From assembly GCA_964016885.1 (NCBI GenBank), contig OZ024741.1, positions 401,698,001 through 401,762,000 on the forward strand: DNA of 64,000 nucleotides, given 5' to 3'. The position numbers and the translations under genes are program-made. Shown here in pieces: positions 45,001-57,000 of the stretch. The stretch is from Eledone cirrhosa (Eukaryota). How positions within the stretch are numbered: the stretch's first letter is position 1; each line of letters opens with the position of its first letter. The notes beneath the pieces were generated by a model. It saw nothing but the letters and a program-made list of their open reading frames with translations, did not search any database and was not told where the DNA came from.

Positions 45001-48000
45001 TGATCAAATTTACTTCTCAGAGTGGGTAGACCAAGAAAAACCTGGGACGAGGTGATAAAAACTGACCTTGCCCGCCTACACCTCTCTAAAACAATGTCAC
45101 TGGATTGAAACCTTTGGCGCCATGCAGTTGTACAGAAGACCCGACTACCATTGCATACAAACCTACAGTCAGTAGGCACCTCTTAACTCAATGTACACCC
45201 CACTGCCACACCCTACCCCACCCTCGTTCTCCCGTTCCGTCCACTGTGTCGATGACACAACAGTCCACACTGTAAGGTGGCCGTGTAGGAGACACGGTGA
45301 AAAGGCTCCCAGTCCACACTGTAAATGTGGTTGGTGTTAGGAAGGGCATCCAGCTGTAAAAAACCTGCCAGAGACGCTTCCGTGAGAGCGAGACACAGTC
45401 TCCCGACCATTCCTGCATCAAATGGAACAAAACCGTCTAACCCATGCTAGCGTGGAAGATGGACATTAAATGATGATGATGATGATGACCACTTGATCCA
45501 TTAAAGATAATGTTGAACCAAAGATTCTTCCTTTGTTATTTTCATTAAATGTCTTCATGTACCAAACTAAAAGCCATTCGTCAACCGAAATGTTTGTAAA
45601 CTGAAACTATTTTTCCCATACAAAATGTTGAGAAATACAGTGACAGAGAGAGATTGTGTGAAAGACAGATAGATATCATCATAGTAACTAACTACACAAG
45701 TGATGCTTTCCCACTGATACTCCAAGCTTGTTGCCAACCTAGATGTTTTTATGTTCAATTTGTTCGTGAGGAGAGACATTTATGAATCATGATTCCACTG
45801 CATGGTTTGTCTTCCTATTATATCTACAATAAGACTCTGGAAAAAATTTTATTTAAACATTTCATTTATATTTTAATAAGCTGTAATGTAACTTTATAAA
45901 ACAGACAGTGTTAACTTAAATATATCTCTTTCTACAGATTACAAAGAACATACCTAACAATGGACCAGATGATATTATCAAGATACCTTTTGGTACCACT
46001 GTCACCAGTATACAAATAAAATTTTATTCTGTTAAACCAGATTGCTATATGTCTGTAACAGTATCAATTATGGGATGTTTTGAAACACGTAAGTATGATT
46101 GTTTTCAAATATACTTTATATCAGAATATTGGTAACAGAACCTTTATATCAGAATATTGGTAACGAACCTGGAAACAAAGGCCAACCTGGAGAAGAAAGA
46201 TCTGGAAGCTGAAAGTCCCCTCAACCAGTAACAGATTTAAAGATATTTTACTCAACGCCTACGACAGTAAAGAACAGATAGAGACATTTAATGTAGAAGA
46301 GAACTGGGAGTTCCTAAAAAATAATTTACTAGAGGCGACGGATGAGGTCTGTGGCTGGAGTAAGACCTCAAGCAGGAGGAGAGTGACTTGGTGGTGGAAT
46401 AATAAGGTAGATGAGGCAGTTAAGGCCAAGAGACAGGCATGGAAAGAATGGAAGGAGCAGGGTACATTACATAGAGACCAAGAGGGAAGCTAGGAGGGAA
46501 GCAGAGGATAGAAAATTCAAGCTTGTTTTGCAACGTGAGGATCAGAAACAGGAGGTATTCAAGATTGCGAGGCAGTGTGTCAGAGATAGTTGTGATGTCA
46601 TTGGAGAGAAGTGTATCCGGAATGATAAAGGTGAGCGTGTCCTCACAAGTGCTGAGAAGAAAGATGCATGGAAGAGTCATTATGATAGATTACTAAATGA
46701 GGAGAATGCATGGGAAGAAGAGACCCTACCCCAAGTAGACCCTATAGAGGGGCCAGCAGTACAAGTCAGCAGCAACGTAGTAAGTAAGGCAATCAAAGAT
46801 ATGAAGATGGGGAAGGCAACCGGTCCATCGAGTATAGCTGCCGAGATGCTGAAGGCATCTGGGTCTGTAGGTCACACTATAACCACACGTATTGTTAACC
46901 AGGTAATACTAGAAGGTGTCATACCAAAAGATTGGTGCAGTAGCATCATTGTCAACTGCTACAAAGGTAAAGGCAATGCACTAGATAGAGGAAACTATAG
47001 AGGTATAAAGTTGATGGACCAGGTCATGAAAGTAACAGAAAGAGTTATAGTACAGTTGATTAGGGACCGGGTGAAAATAGACGAGATGCAATTTGGGTTT
47101 GTACCAGGGAAAGGCACCACTGATGCCCTCTTCCTTGTGAGGCAGTTACAGGAAAAGTACCTAGCTAAAAGTAAGCCACTCTACTTGGCATTTGTCGACC
47201 TTGAGAAAGCCTTTGACAGAGTTCCACGTGCTGTAATCTGGTGGGCTCTTAGAAAACTGGGAGTAGATGAATGGCTTGTGAAAGCGGTACAAGCCATGTA
47301 TAGGGGAGCAGTCAGCAAAGTTAGGATTAGCAATGAGTATAGCGAGGAATTTAGCGTACAGGTTGGGGTCCACCAGGGCTCTGTTCTTAGCCCCCTCCTG
47401 TTCATCATAGTCCTGCAGGCAATAACGGAGGAGTTTAAGACCAGATGCCCATGGGAACTCCTGTATGCTGATGACCTCGCACTCATAGCTGAATCTATGG
47501 TAGAACTAGAGAATAAATTCCAAACTTGGAAGCAGGGACTAGAAAGAAAGGGTCTCAAAGTCAACATGTCAAAGACAGTCCTTGTAAGTAGACAAGAAAA
47601 CAGAACCCAGATCCCCTCAGGGAAATGGCCTTGCTCAGTATGTAGGAAAGGTGTAGGTAGGAACTCCATTCTCTGCCCCAAATGCAAACAATGGGTACAC
47701 AAGAGATGTAGCGGGGTCTCAGGAAGCTTAATTAAGAATGTAGGCTTCACATGCAGCAGCTGTGCTAGGACAGCAAGCAGCAAACAGCCACAGGAAACAA
47801 GTACCACCAATCTCTGGGAGGGCTCTGTAGAAACAGTAGACAGCTTCTACTACCTAGGTGACCGAATTAGCAGCGGAGGTGGGTGTTCAGAAAGTACAAT
47901 AACTAGGGTAAGAACGGGATGGAAGAAGTTTAGGGAACTACTACCACTGCTAGCTGCAAAAGGTTTCTCCCTCAGAATGAAAGGCGACTGTATGATGCGT

Positions 48001-51000
48001 GTATCCGAACAGCAATGTTGCATGGTAGTGAGACCTGGGCGCTGAAGGTGGAAGACTTACGTAGATTAGAGAGAAACGAATCCTGCATGCTCCGATGGAT
48101 GTGTAACAGTAATATACGTGAACGACAAAGCATAAATGAATTGAGAGAGAGACTGAGCATAAGAGGAATCAAATGTCGTGTGCAGGAGAGGCGGTTGCGC
48201 TTTTAGCAGTATTAGTTATAGATGTTATCGCCACTTTAACAGGGTGGTAGAATCAGTGGTCGTTAGTTGCCAGTGTGGTAAGTGATAGTATCCTCGTTGG
48301 ATTATCTTGTTGACATAGACGTGAGGGAAGGTCCCTCAATCTATTTACCATCTATTTACAATATTCCTTTCGTCAGGTCGCCAATTCCAGCAGCATGGAT
48401 TAAAGATGTCTTTGAGATACAAGTGACATAATAACAGCAGTAATTAGAGATGAAATGTTTGTTTATTTATATGGTTGAAGTTACAGATACAAAGAGGTTA
48501 CAAAAATGGAATGTGCCATTGCGCCGTTAAGCCGGCGAGGCTAGTGGTGCAATATCTCACTGTTACATTATGCGTGTTGCTGGCTCGAAGTTTCTGGTAC
48601 AAGCTAGAGATTCTTCAAATCTTCGCGGGGAATTTCTTCCTCAGGGCGCGTAGGGATACATCCTCTTCTACTGGCGCTGATTGGCTGAACTGAGCCAAAT
48701 CACGCACAGAGAATGTATGTGAGCCCGCGGAATGTAGGTCACTACATCACCTCCAACCAGATTTTCAGCCGAAAATCGATAACGAAGAAACGAAAGACTC
48801 ACATATTAAATCAGCAAGAACAAATGCTGAAAGAGCACATCAGTGAAAAAATAATTGAGCAGAAGGTTGCATGCAAGAACAAAAAATGAGGCGCTACGGG
48901 CCGTGTTGAGCCGCTGTGTCAAATGACCAGTTGTTTTGTTGTTTATACGTGACCGCCAAAGGTCTAACAAAAAACGGATAAAGTCTGACATGGGCGAGGT
49001 TGCTGTTCTTGCATTAAATGTTAATGGTAAGCGTTGTACCAGTAGCTGTGAACGAAGCTATTATGGTAGTTTACCAGTGCTGGCGAGAAAATGATGGCCC
49101 CCAGATGTATTGTCGGATGTGCTGTGGAGCCAGGAAAAAATGGCTGGTTGCTTTGTAAAGAACAAAAGGCAAGTTTAATCTGTAGGTGGGTTGCAGTGTA
49201 AATTCCATAATTCGGGCGAATCCACAGAAGTGGCCGAAATGCTAACAAGTCCAGTTCCATTTGTTGCTTTCCCAGCGAGTCGGGCAAAAACAACAAGACG
49301 GATGGCCGTCATGGACGAACAGTGTGCAACGAGATGCGAAGCTGTTCGAGTTCAGCTGCAATGTATTCTCGTGTTGCGGTGCCTGTTTGAATCCAGTGGA
49401 TTAAGCTCTGTGAGCTGCTAGCATGTGACAGCATCTCAACCAGGTGAAAAGGGACTCGCAGAATATTACGTTTGAAGAACATATACCAAGAACAACATGT
49501 TGGTGTGTGATAAAAAAAATGTGTGCTTATGCAGGCATGTAAAACAGCAAAGAATGTGAATGAACAAAAACCATGAGCAAGCAAATAGCAAAAGAGCACA
49601 AAACAAGTAAATGCATTCTACAAAGAAATATGTGAATGTAACAAACTGATAATTCAAAGTCAATCTAGGGGAGCAGAGAAATTGCTCAATAAGTTCAAAG
49701 TTTTTCAAAGTCAAATAGTTCACACATCACCAGTGTACAGACACTAGTTCTATCTGAAAACTGAAAAAGAAGTTTGTTAATGCTGTTAGGGGTTAGATGT
49801 ATGGTGTTTTTGTGAGATTTCGTGGCCATTTTCCCGTCCCGCCACACGGTTGTGTTGCTTATTGTTAAAGCAAAGTCAAAGAATCTTCTGTAGAGTAGGA
49901 GTCACCAAATATGGCAGTCACGTCTGACGCCATAAAGGTGAGAAACTACTGTCTCAATTTCTCGCGTCCCTGTGGTAACGAGACAGAAGGTATGGTGGTT
50001 GCGTCGGTAAAGTTACAAGCCGTTTTGAAATTTCCGATGTGTGGTGGTTGGCGTCGGTAAGGTTATGAAGCTGCCACTCACTGTTCCCTGTATTGGTCAG
50101 TGGTTAAACAACGCTGTCGCTGCTGCTGTCATTGTTGTTGTCAAGCGTAGCCATGACATGTCGGTAGCCATCTTGAAATTTTTTCGGGGCGAAAAAGTTT
50201 TTGAAATACTGCTAATTTTTCAAAAATCTTAAAAGGAATATTCTGGATTTTCGCAAGTTGCGACGTGGCAATAAAAGTTAAACTGAATGAATAAGAAGGG
50301 CTGCGTGACATTCTTACGTCGGTCACCACTTTAGCAGTATTAGTTATAGATGTTATCGCCACTTTAGCAGGGTGGTAGAATCAGTGGTCGTTAGTTGCCA
50401 GTGTGGTAAGTGATAGTATCCTCGTTGGATTATCTTGTTGACATAGACGTGAGGGAAGGTCCCTCAATCTATTTACAATATTCCTTTCGTCAGGTCGCCA
50501 ATTCCAGCAGCATGGATTAAAGATGTCTTTGAGATGCAAGTGACATAATAACAGCAGTAATTAGAGATGAAATGTTTGTTTATTTATATGGTTGAAGTTA
50601 CAGATACAAAGAGGTTACAAAAATGGAATGTGCCATTGCGCCGTTAAGCCGGCGAGGCTAGTGGTGCAATATCTCACTGTTACATTATGCGTGTTGCTGG
50701 CTCGAAGTTTCTGGTACAAGCTAGAGATTCTTCAAATCTTCGCGGGGAATTTCTTCCTCAGGGCGCGTAGGGATACATCCTCTTCTACTGGCGCTGATTG
50801 GCTGAACTGAGCCAAATCACGCACAGAGAATGTATGTGAGCCCGCGGAATGTAGGTCACTACACGCTGGTATGGACATGTGATGCGTATGAAGGATGACA
50901 GCTGCATAAAAAGGTGCAGAGCACTAGAAGTTGATGGAAAACGCGGAGTGGGGAGACCCAAGATGACCTGGGATGAGGTGATAAAAGCCGACTTTACCCA

Positions 51001-54000
51001 ATTACATCTCTCAAAGGCAATGACACACGACCGTGACCTCTGGCGTCACGCAATAATACAGAGTACCCGACCTCCCATGGCTACAAGCTGAAGCATATAG
51101 ACAATATGCCCCCACACCCCCCACCGCAAGGTGGTCGTGGAGGTGCCACAGCAAAAAAGCACCCAGCCCACACTGTAAAGTGGACGTGTAGGCGCCACGA
51201 AAAAGCACCCAGCACTTACTGTAAATGAGGTTGGTGTTAGGAAGGGCATCCAGCTGTAGAAACCAAGTCAAATCAGTTCCTGTATGAGCAAGGCATGGTC
51301 AGCCGACCAGACACTGCCCACAACAGGACAACCCGTCTAACCCATGCTAGCGTGGAAGAACGGACGTAAAACGGTGATGATGATTGGTATGTGGAGTGCC
51401 TCATCCACATATTCTTGGGAGGATCATGGAGGCAGAGTCCTCAAGCATGCCTTCTAGCAGGTCCTGTCAAAAGCAATTGTCTCCAACCAAGACCAGCTGA
51501 GCTCATGGATGTTATCCAACCATCTTGCTCAGAGGTTACCCTTAGATCTTCTGCTTGTTGGTTTTACCCATAAAATCTGTCCAGAGATTCTTTCCTGAAA
51601 CATTCTAACCACATATCCTTAATATCGGAGTTGTGATCTCTCAATTCGGTAACGTAGTGGCACTACCTGGAGTGACTCTCTGCTCTCTTGAGCTACATAC
51701 TCTATTGAGTAACGTTACTCCAAAGTCCCTTTAGAGGAAACCCATTTCATCTGCTTCCATTCACAATAATATTCCTTCAGTCATTACCCAAGATTTGAGA
51801 CCATAATTAAGAGTTACCATGAATATCAAAAGATACACCCTATGGCAATATTATCATGATTTCTCAAAGACCTACTGAAGTGTGAATATTTGGTTGGCTG
51901 TGCTGCATCTAGGACCAAAACCACACTTTTTCTCACCAGCTTCGACTCAATAATATCTTTATGTCTCTTTGTCAGACTCTTAACATAGACTTTATCAGGA
52001 ATCGTAACAAGGAGATCCCTTTGTAATTAGAGCAATCTCACTTGTCTTTCTATTTGAAAATAGGGATTATCACTTCCGATTGCCATTGTTTAGGTGCCTT
52101 TCTAGAGATCCAGGTCAAAAGACACACTTGAGTCAGCGAGAAAACACCTGCTCTATTTAAGGCTTTTAACATCTTCCCTGGCGGCTTTGCCATATTTGAG
52201 CTCTTTAATTGCTCTTATGATCTCAATCTCTGAAAAGTTATTCTCTGCCCCTAGATGCACCTCAGAACATCAGAAGATGCTGTTGTGACCAGGTTTAGGA
52301 GATCAGCAATGTATTCTCTCCACCTCACAAGGGTGCACCTCTCTGAAGAGAGGAGAAGCCTAGATGTGTTCCTAATGGCAGGCGTGGAAGAGGACTTCTT
52401 ATGAAGTTGGTGAATGGATTGCCAGAACATTTTATTTGCTGATCTGAAGTTAGATTCCAGCTTAACCCCAAAGTCTTTCCATGTCTTAACTAAGGTTGCC
52501 TTTATTGTCTCTGCTGTGACTTGTTGTGCCTACTTGTACTGCAAGCACAAGAAGGAGGACTTATTTCCAAGCCAAACATTGTAAACCTCTCTTTTTGCTT
52601 GGATAGCATTTTTGACCTCTTGATTGAACCAAAGATCCTTCTGCCTTCCTGCACCACACCAAGCCACTTTCTCCTCACAGCATTTAACAGTTGAAGCAGA
52701 AACTGCTGAGCTGAACAATATCCACTCCATTTCAACATCCTCAATTTGCTCAGGAAGTTCTCTGAATTTGGATGCAATAGTATCTACATACCTGGTCCTG
52801 ACTTCCTTATCCACCAATGCATCCCACTTTATCCTGTAGGTCACCCTGGATCTGTCAGTTTTGTGGGTTTGGCTTTAGGTAGTGTCAGGTTGCAGATAAC
52901 TAGATGGTGATCAATTGACAGCTCAGCCCTTCTCTTAACATGAATATCCAGCACAAAATTGAAGAGATCAAAGACAATAACAAAATAAATTATTGATCTC
53001 TATCCTCGATTCCCTCTATACCATGAAAAACTAATATTATATATCATGTTTACGTACCATTCTTCTTTATGTGTTAGTCAACTTTAAGAAAGTTTTTATT
53101 TTTAAATCTCTTCTCTCTAGAATCTACAACTAAAACAACAACAACAACTACAGGTATGGAATTTAACATTTCTTCAGTTGTTCTATAGTAATTTTACCTT
53201 TATAAATGTTTTGTAATTTCTACAATTGTTTTATAACTACAGCTCTATGTTACATATCATATATACTATGAGTAATACTATAACTACAGTTCTATGTTAC
53301 ATATATACTATGAGTAATACCATAACTACAGCTCTATGTTACATATATACTATGAGTAATACCATAACTACAGCTCTATGTTACATATCATATACTATGA
53401 GTAATACTATAACTAGAGTTCTATGTTCCATATCATATATACTATGAGTAATACTACTACAGCTCTATGTTACATATATACTATGAATAATACTATAACT
53501 ACAGTTCTATGTTACATACTATATACTATGAGTAATACTACTACAGCTCTATGTTACATACCATATACTATGAGTAATACTATGTTTATATCTGCATATG
53601 ACAAAACTATTACTGTAAATGTAATAAGAATAAAAGGCTGGAAGAAAAATGATAAAAGTATGCTCTTCTATGGAGGGGTGTAGCCTAGTGGTAAAGGTTT
53701 GGGACTTACAATTATAATGTTGTGGATTCAATTCCTGGTCTGGGTTGTGTGTTGTGTTCTTAAGCAAATCACTTCATTTCACGTTGCATCAGCATACTCA
53801 GCTGAAAATGAGTCTTGTACTCTCAGTGACTTTAATGTCAGGAAAACTAAGATAAGCACCAGTCTTCTAAAGTCTGTGTGAAGCCCAGAGGCTTATCAAT
53901 GTTAAAACTTATATAGAAAAACGTTTATAGAATTTATCAACATGATTTAAATTTTAACTGATTAAAAATATAAATTTTTTTTTTTTTTTTTTTCTAAATA

Positions 54001-57000
54001 CAGAGTCTTGGTGTGTGTTTATTGATGGTTTAGCTGATGCCTCATTAATAAGAAGTTCGGATATTAAGACTTCAAGTAATGAAGAACATGTCAATTCAAT
54101 CAGACCTGGTGGAAAAGGATGGAAACCTGCTCTCAATGATACTAAACGTACTGTAAGAATTTTTGTAGGAGATTCTTTAAGATATGGTGGATCAATAAGG
54201 TTACTCCATACTAAATATGTTGAGAAGTTTGATGTTATACTCTCCGATGGACAGGTAAATTATATCTATATTAAATAGTATAATATAATTGTTTCTACTT
54301 TAGGCACAAGGCCAGCAGTTACCCAGTACATTACTGGTACTTTATTTTATCGACCTCGTAAGGATGAAAGGCAAAGTTAACCTCGGCGGAATTTGAACTC
54401 AGACTGTAAAGGCACGTAACTATGCTAGAAAGCATGGCGTCCAACCCTCTCATCATCATCACTCGTCGACTACTGTCGAGATGATGGATCTCACTCTCAT
54501 GCCCCAGAATCCCCTGTTCCCCATCGCTGCCCCCAGGTCCTGTCTGCTGATTCCCGTATCCCTAGAGATAACGTCAGGGAATGACAGCTTCCTACTCCTA
54601 GTCAGGCTGGAGTCAGGGTTCCAGAACAAGAGAGTGGATATGATTTCATTGCTGGCACGGTGACAGTGGCCAGCAAATTGAGCTCTCCGGGATTTTAGAA
54701 GGGCAGAGGCTCGAGGGAGTTTGCCATAGATTTTAGACAAGGTGGGATGTCGTTTCCAGGATAGGTTTTGCACTCTCATTAAGAGGCGGGTATATGTGCC
54801 ATCCAATCTCCTCTCAAGTTGTGATGTTAGTGTCCAAGTTTCGGATCCATAAAGTAATATGGGCTTAATGGTTACTTGCAATATTTCCAGTTTTAGCTTG
54901 TTGGTAAGTTGAGATGTCCATATGGCGTGCATGTCATTGCACGCTGACCATGCCATACCCTTCCTGGTTAGAAAATCTTTTTTGGAGGAGGAGATATATG
55001 AGCCAAGATACTTGTAATCTTCTACCTGCTTAACGGTGGTACCATTAAGGGTTCTGATGGGGTAGTTTGGGCTGTTTGCGCATCTGTTCACACACTCAGT
55101 CTTGGATTCGTTGAGGTACAGTCCAACATAGTTGGACGCTTGCTCTAATGACTTCAAAAGACTCTCAGCATTTTCCAGTGACCGACTGATCAATGCGATG
55201 TCGTCAGCAAAGTCGGTGTCGGTCAAGTATTTTGCTGGGTAGCGTGAGCTTCTCCTAGGCTGTAGTTGATATCCCCTATCCTGAATCCTATCCACAGACA
55301 TGCGCAAAACATAATCCACAACAATGATAAATAGATACGGAGCAAGGGTATCGCCCTGTAAAATTCCAGCAAGGATTGAGAAAGGTGGTGTTTCCCCATC
55401 TGGGGTCAGGACAGTTGATTTGGTATCTGTATACATTGCACGTATGGCCGCGATTATTTTATCAGGAATCCCATAGAGTTGTAGAATTTCAAACATCCCC
55501 GACCTGTCAACTGAGTCGAAGGCTTTTGAAAAATCAACAAAGATGAGTGCAAGGTCTAGATTGCGGTTTTGGGACTCCTCTATAAGTCGGCAAAGGCAGA
55601 GAATCTGGCTAAGTGTTGATCTACCTCTCCTAAATCCATTCTGGTTGTTACGAAGGATTGGCTCAAGAAATGGGATTAAGCGGTTAAGAAGAAGCTTGTT
55701 GTATATTTTTGCAGCAATTGCCATGAGAGAAATTCCTCTATAGTTGGTGGCTAAAGAAAGATCTCCTTTTTTGGGCATGGGGATAATTTGAGCTGCATGC
55801 CAGACACTAGGAAGTTTATTGGTCTCGAAAGTATGGTTACACAAGTTGAGCAAAAGGATGTGGAAATGCTCATCCTTCCAAATCAGGGTAGGTATATTAT
55901 CCGGCCCAAAGGCTTTTGAGGCTTTTAGCTGTTTGATGGCTTCTTTGAGCTCAGGCATGGTGAAAGGAGAGGTGTTGATTCCTAAAGGCTCTGAAACCTG
56001 AACGGATGGCAGTTGATAGTTATCAGGGAGTCTGGCCTTTTTCCCTAGAAGGTTTTTAAAATGAGCAGACCAATTTTCAAGACGTTTTTTGGCAGAGCCT
56101 CCCTTGATTCTAACTGCAGAGTTTGAGTTTTTGCCTGAAAGATCTTTGACAACCTTCCAAGCAAGATGATGGTGTTTGCTGATGTAATGTTGCGATAGCT
56201 GATCAATCCTACCTGAGATATAGTCGGCTTCAGCATTAAGATAAGCGTCGTCTAGTGATTCCTTGGCCATGATAAGCTGTATCTTTTGCCCTTGAGATGG
56301 TGATTGATGGTGAGATTGGGATATTGACCTAAGATGGGCCCTTGCCTCAACTACCTTCTCTGAGGCACTAGGTTTCATTTGGCTTCGGCTTTTCTTTTTA
56401 GGTAGGGTGGCAAGTGCAACTTCCTCTGTTGATTGCTTAAGACAGTCATACACATCCTCAATATTATCGTCACTGATGTCAGAAGTTGAGAGAGATTGAA
56501 ATCTGTTATAGACTTGAAGCGTGAAGCTATTGGATAGTTGTTTGTTGGAAGAAACGGCTTTCCAGTCTATTCTTTTCATGGGATGAGGTTCAGCCCTCTT
56601 GGATATCCTGAGGCTAAGATTGATTGTTGCCAAGATGACTCGATGATCTGAGCCAACAGAGCTAAAGGAGGAATAAGATCTAGAATCTTTGATTGAGTTT
56701 CTCCATTTCTTGCGAAATATCAAATAGTCAATCTGAGCTCGTTTTTGGTTTGGGTATTCGAAGGTCCAAAGCCGGCCTATGGTCTTCATGAAGCTGTTGT
56801 TTGAGCTGAATAGACTGAATTCTTCCATGAAGTCCTTGAGATATTCCCCGTTTCGGTTAGTAACCCTATCGTATGTGAACTTTACTTCATCCGGGCCAAG
56901 TTGAGCGTTGAGGTCTCCAGCGATGATAAGAAAGTTGTGTAAGGGTACTTGCTCAACAATTGTGCGAAGGGTCGTGTAGAATTCTCTTACCTCATCCTCA

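Noticed and set aside
48475-48693. Identical 72-aa ORFs here and at 50592-50810
   Set aside because: They lie within the two LTRs; non-ATG start and no recognisable domain.
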